Assembly: GCA_010093745.1 (NCBI GenBank)
Contig: MU005976.1
Span: 62,001-126,000 of the forward strand
Origin: Piedraia hortae CBS 480.64
Taxonomy: Eukaryota
Direction: 5' to 3'
DNA length: 64,000 nt
Shown here: piece by piece, positions 59,950-64,000 of the stretch
Position numbering within the stretch: position 1 is the first letter of the stretch
Layout of the letters: every line of letters starts with the position of its first letter
Position numbers and translations under genes: made by a program
Notes under the pieces: model-generated
What the model saw: the letters and a program-made list of their open reading frames with translations, nothing else
Told to the model about the DNA's origin: nothing
Databases searched by the model: none

Positions 59950-60221
59950 AGCTGTAATGGCTCAACGGTGAAGAGCTGGCTTAGCAATCAACCCTAACGG
60001 GGGATTTACCCCACAGTTGGACGTGCCCAGTTCGAACTCGGTGGAGGCTTGTCCACTCGCTTCGGTAACGAGCGATGCTGGTGCAGCCCTAAGATCCTGG
60101 AGCACCCTTCAGCCGAGCAATCGGGCAGAGAACTTCAGACCATGGAGTGGCGGTATTGGATCACACGTTTGATTGATGGGCTGAGAGTTGGATATACCGG
60201 TTGCAACGCCAATTTTTTTTT
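59950..60221 (+). ncRNA. Signal recognition particle (7SL/SRP) RNA
   Basis: Fungal Alu start GCTGTAATGGCT, B-box-like GTTCGAAC, helix-6 hairpin tcgcttcg-GTAA-cgagcga (60057-60075), helix-8 cagccga-GCAA-tcgggcag (60110-60128), T9 Pol III terminator 60213-60221; about 265 nt. Confidence 0.85.
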
Positions 60222-60395
60222 CACCAATCCACAACATTTGATGTAGACATCCGATGGCTGTTGGATACGCGTAATCGTACATGTGACTTGATGACGATGT
60301 TTCGCCGAGGTATCATACATAATTGCCGGGTTCGTTTGACAGTGGTTCGCTTTTGCAGGTACAACCAACCTCTGAACTGAGAATAATCTAACAAA

Positions 60396-61796
60396 ATGCC
60401 ATTCGGACATCTCCTCGACAGAGCGCAGCAATGTAAGCTTCTCCCAAAAATAACCATTGCATTTGTTGACACTCTAGATTTGGATCGTCTCCAGCAATCT
60501 GACAATCCCCAACATCATCAACCTCAACAACAAACAATGGACCAAACAATGACGCCCCCTCCCACATCTTCCCAGCCAACAATCCCCAAGCTAAGGAAAC
60601 AACCTGTAGTACTGGGGTTGCTTAATGACCCGGGGTTGAATAGGGACTCGATAGCAGCCGCTTCGGCTAGGTTCGGGAATAGAGTCCTGTGGACGTGTAG
60701 GGATACGCAATTGATGAACCCTGAAGGGAAGGTACAGCAGTGGCCCGTTATAAGTAGTACTGCTTCTTGGACGGATTTTTGGCCTCAGTCTGGGGAGGGG
60801 GGCTTTGGGGAGGAGGGAAAAGCTATAGGGCAGCAGGAACAGCAGCCCCTGGAACGGGCGACGGAAGGAGGACAGCAGGGACAACACTGCCGCCCCGGAG
60901 GCTGCATTATCCACCACTGCCCGCATGATAGAGACGCATTTAGACACACGGCCCTCCGCGCGTACGGGACGAACTCTACGCAGCAGGCTTTTTTTCCGGT
61001 GCTGAAGGGACAAGGCGCGCCTCCGGCGGGGGGATGTCACGATGGGAACCGCTTCGCGATTTGGCCTGATGCTGCGCCGCTTGTGGTGCATGCTGATGGA
61101 CAGGGGGGGACAGCGTACTGCTGGATCAAGAATGCGGTTATTACTAACCAGCTCGCTTCGCTTGTGGATGATCCTGCCACTGCGTTGCATAGGATCGAGT
61201 ATGATGCTTCGCGGCACTGTGGGGACGCTTTGCCGGATGTGAAAGTTGTGGATGTGAGGTTTTGGGGGGAGGGGGAGATTCCGTATGGGGTTTATGGGGG
61301 GGTTGTGCACGATGGGTGGGCGTATCTTTATGGTCAGACTTCGAAAAATGTGGTTGCGCTTGCGCGCGTGAGGGTTGATGAGGTCGAGGATAGGGGGAGG
61401 TATGAGTACTTCGTTAATGGGAAGTGGACGGGGAAGAGGCCCGGGTTAATGGATGGAGGGATTGGGATAAAAAATTGTTCTGCCGGGGGGCAGGGGACGT
61501 ACTACTTCTCGCCGGCTTGGGGGTGTTTTGTGTGGATTGGTGGCTCAAAGTTTCCCGGCGCGCAGTTTTGGGTGACGACCGCTCCGCGGCCGGAGGGGCC
61601 ATGGATACAGCCGTTCATGTTTTGGGAGGGAAAGAATGGGAATCATGGTCTTGGGGCGTATTCGCTTCAGGCGAACCCCGCGCTTGTGAATTGGGAGAGG
61701 GGGAATGGGATTTATTTGACGTATACGAAGGAGGACGATTTTGAGGGGGATGGGTCCGTGTATACGACGCCGTTGGTTTGGGTGGAGTGGGAGTAA
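60396..61796 (+). CDS. Hypothetical protein, DUF4185-like beta-rich domain (true start possibly 60537)
   Basis: Long ORF with WTCRDT, YLYG, ALARV, YEYF..G.W, TAPRPEGPW, YSLQANP, YLTYTK; family call from recall only. Confidence 0.7.
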   Translation: MPFGHLLDRAQQCKLLPKITIAFVDTLDLDRLQQSDNPQHHQPQQQTMDQTMTPPPTSSQPTIPKLRKQPVVLGLLNDPGLNRDSIAAASARFGNRVLWTCRDTQLMNPEGKVQQWPVISSTASWTDFWPQSGEGGFGEEGKAIGQQEQQPLERATEGGQQGQHCRPGGCIIHHCPHDRDAFRHTALRAYGTNSTQQAFFPVLKGQGAPPAGGCHDGNRFAIWPDAAPLVVHADGQGGTAYCWIKNAVITNQLASLVDDPATALHRIEYDASRHCGDALPDVKVVDVRFWGEGEIPYGVYGGVVHDGWAYLYGQTSKNVVALARVRVDEVEDRGRYEYFVNGKWTGKRPGLMDGGIGIKNCSAGGQGTYYFSPAWGCFVWIGGSKFPGAQFWVTTAPRPEGPWIQPFMFWEGKNGNHGLGAYSLQANPALVNWERGNGIYLTYTKEDDFEGDGSVYTTPLVWVEWE

Positions 61797-62094
61797 ATAC
61801 CTGGGACGGGGGTGTGGTAGGGATGATGTTATGAAAGTTGTTGTTGCTACCTACTTACGAAAAATTGCTGTGCGGTGCTGTGCAGATTATGTTGTGGTTG
61901 TCACTGCTGCATGTTTCGTGCAGCTGCAAACCGCTGCAGGGATTAACCGGCTCCATCCGAGACCAATCAAATTGCGTCCGCTGCCGGACGCGTCGCGACA
62001 CGTCTTCCCATCCACACGTGAAGACAGCTGCCCACGTTCCACTCCTTCCTAATTAGTGCATGGCATAGCTGTCAAATGTCCCCAAAACGATAGC

Positions 62095-64000
62095 ATGGAG
62101 GATCCAGAGCTCCAAGGGGCCACCGTCGCTGCTAATGGCCGGCCGCCGTCTCCGGTCCTGTTCGACCCGCAGACGGTTATCAGATATCTCACAAACGTGC
62201 TACAAGTCACTCTAGGAGCCACAGAACGCCAGCTCTCCGCCCCCGGAAGCCTACTCCACGACTCAGAACTCCCTCATACCCTCGCCAAATGTCAGCGTTA
62301 TGCCTTCGAGCCGCAGACGGCGCTCTACGTGCTCAAACAAACTCCGGAATCCGACGATGAAGACGAGGAAGCTTTTGTCTTGAGTTCGGAGATCCTCTCC
62401 AGCTCCCGCGCCGTTGCGTGTGTTGCCTTCTTGAAGCGCCCGGTTCCGCTCTCGCAACATGTTCCCATTAGTCGGCAGATTTCGGTTGTCAATTTGCCAT
62501 TATCAGGTGATTCTGAGGCTTCAGTGTCGCCGTATGAAGGGCTGCATTCACTAGTCCGCGGAGCTTTGACACCGCTTTTTGAGGCTGCCGCGAGAGGCGC
62601 CGAGAGAGATAACCTACGGCCAGATGGAGATGCGAGGATGGGGATCTCCGGTGCAAGGAGGAAGTTGGCTGATTTGGAAGTCAGCTTGCAGAATTTGCAG
62701 CAGAATATTGAAGTTGAGGCTCCGCGGCTGCAGATTCATCCCATAGTATTCGAACGGTTGGAAGCGTCGGGAGGTAATTTGCAGATTGCTATGACGGATG
62801 TACCAGAGTCCATTATTGGCGACTCGAGCCTGCTGAACAAGCTGCAGAGCATGGCCAACGACTGGATCAAGCAGATCAGAGACTTTACCAAGATTGCTGA
62901 TGAGAGGCCTGTTGGTACGACGACGCAGGAGAAGAATTTCTGGCTCGCAATGGAGGCCGCTCTCGATGCCGTAGAGAAACAGCTTGCCGGAGGAGGCGTG
63001 TTGCTGACGATGAAGATTTTGGAAAAGGCCAAGAGACACGGCATAACAGCCAGTTTCTCCTCCGATACCAAATTGAAAGAGACAAAGGATATGGTGCAAA
63101 AGTACAATTCCCTCTTCCACGGGTTTCCCGTGGAGAACCTGCTCTCAGCCACGTCGGTAGCCAAACTGCGTGATGCACTAGACGATCTATTCATTCACCT
63201 GAACAAGAAGCTGCGCCTGACTCCATATCCGATTCAAAGGGCCTTGCCACTGGTGGAAGCCATCTCGGCCGACCTGGACAAGAGGCTGCATGATCTTCTT
63301 CCAGGTCGAGCCCTCATGCACATGCCCTTTGATGAGTTTTTCAACGTCATCTCTCAAGTGCAGGAAATTTGGTCATACTGGGATGAGGATCTGAAGGAGT
63401 TTACCAATGTTGCCCGAGACGCTACGAGACGGCGTAGTGGCAAGTTCATCCCCATTAAAATTACAAAACGCCATGATCGCACGCAGGATAGGCTTAATTA
63501 CGTCCTGACTTTCAGGGAAAACCATGAGCAGCTGCGAAAGACGATTGCGCATGTGCTCGGCCCGGAAGATGGTGTTCCAGAGGGAACCAACCAGGGCCCA
63601 AACGACTTGGACGGGGTAGATGCCATTCAGGAGATCTCACAGGCATATCTCGCCGTGCAGGATGTAGATGTGCTTGATATCTCGCCCGAGGGAGAGCGGT
63701 TGTGGATGCAGGCAGAGGCAATCTACAACGAGCGAACGGCGCGGGTTGAAAACTCCATCATCGCCCGTCTGCGAGATCGTCTGGCAGTGGCCAAGTCGGC
63801 GAATGAAATGTTTCGCGTCTTCTCCAAGTTCAATGCCCTCTTCGTTAGACCGAAAATCCGTGGTGCGATTAGCGAATACCAGGTACAGCTGATCAATAAC
63901 GTCCGCGATGACATTGAGATGCTCCAGCAGCGATTCACCCATCAATACGGTCAGTCTGAAGCTCATGCCATGGCCCAACTGCACGACCTGCCGCCCATCT
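62095..64000 (+). CDS. nudA: Cytoplasmic dynein heavy chain, N-terminal part (runs off window)
   Basis: Open frame from ATG 62095: SPYEGLHSLV, RKLADLEVSLQNLQQNIE, LNKKLRLTPYPIQRALPLVEAISADL, NEMFRVFSKFNALFVRPKIRGAI. Confidence 0.95.
   Translation, partial: MEDPELQGATVAANGRPPSPVLFDPQTVIRYLTNVLQVTLGATERQLSAPGSLLHDSELPHTLAKCQRYAFEPQTALYVLKQTPESDDEDEEAFVLSSEILSSSRAVACVAFLKRPVPLSQHVPISRQISVVNLPLSGDSEASVSPYEGLHSLVRGALTPLFEAAARGAERDNLRPDGDARMGISGARRKLADLEVSLQNLQQNIEVEAPRLQIHPIVFERLEASGGNLQIAMTDVPESIIGDSSLLNKLQSMANDWIKQIRDFTKIADERPVGTTTQEKNFWLAMEAALDAVEKQLAGGGVLLTMKILEKAKRHGITASFSSDTKLKETKDMVQKYNSLFHGFPVENLLSATSVAKLRDALDDLFIHLNKKLRLTPYPIQRALPLVEAISADLDKRLHDLLPGRALMHMPFDEFFNVISQVQEIWSYWDEDLKEFTNVARDATRRRSGKFIPIKITKRHDRTQDRLNYVLTFRENHEQLRKTIAHVLGPEDGVPEGTNQGPNDLDGVDAIQEISQAYLAVQDVDVLDISPEGERLWMQAEAIYNERTARVENSIIARLRDRLAVAKSANEMFRVFSKFNALFVRPKIRGAISEYQVQLINNVRDDIEMLQQRFTHQYGQSEAHAMAQLHDLPPI

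Noticed and set aside
59951..60050. tRNA-like D-arm (GCTC…GAGC) and GTTCGAA suggesting tRNA-Ala
   Set aside because: Acceptor, anticodon and T stems do not pair properly; the sequence fits an SRP RNA 5' region with internal Pol III boxes
374..63984. Numerous short antisense or overlapping ORFs in the ORF track (e.g. 22589-23317, 56356-57084, 60591-61310)
   Set aside because: Shadows of real genes on the opposite strand or frame, with no motifs of their own

Overview
Gene-dense 64-kb window from a compact, intron-containing filamentous-ascomycete (Pezizomycotina-type) genome; typical introns are 42-63 nt GT-AG. Conserved genes: cdc11/Nud1-like LRR scaffold (3' part), atg6, rho4, a sphingoid-base-phosphate phosphatase, yra1/mlo3, aldehyde dehydrogenase, a DUF924 protein, a TilS-like protein, het-C, two A1 aspartic proteases, alg2, a Ulp1 SUMO protease, a peroxisomal Lon protease, an SRP (7SL) RNA gene and the 5' end of cytoplasmic dynein heavy chain. 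Two accessory regions interrupt these genes. (1) About 2-20 kb holds two decayed Myb-like paralogues, a convergent pair of intact but highly diverged TATA-binding-protein paralogues, and a NACHT-WD40 NLR. One TBP copy has lost both DNA-intercalating Phe of repeat 2. Three copies of an unexplained hairpin-bearing repeat also lie here, two of them bracketing the TBP pair plus NLR in inverted orientation. (2) About 32.6-37.8 kb is a co-oriented mosaic of Ty3/Gypsy, Tc1/mariner and Copia fragments plus an APH-kinase pseudogene. Other oddities: an otherwise intact MT-A70/METTL4-like methyltransferase with a single TAA at a probable Trp site, a SUN-domain pseudogene, and abrupt C-rich to G-rich strand-skew switches inside genes. 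All calls come from reading the sequence by eye; no database searches were run.
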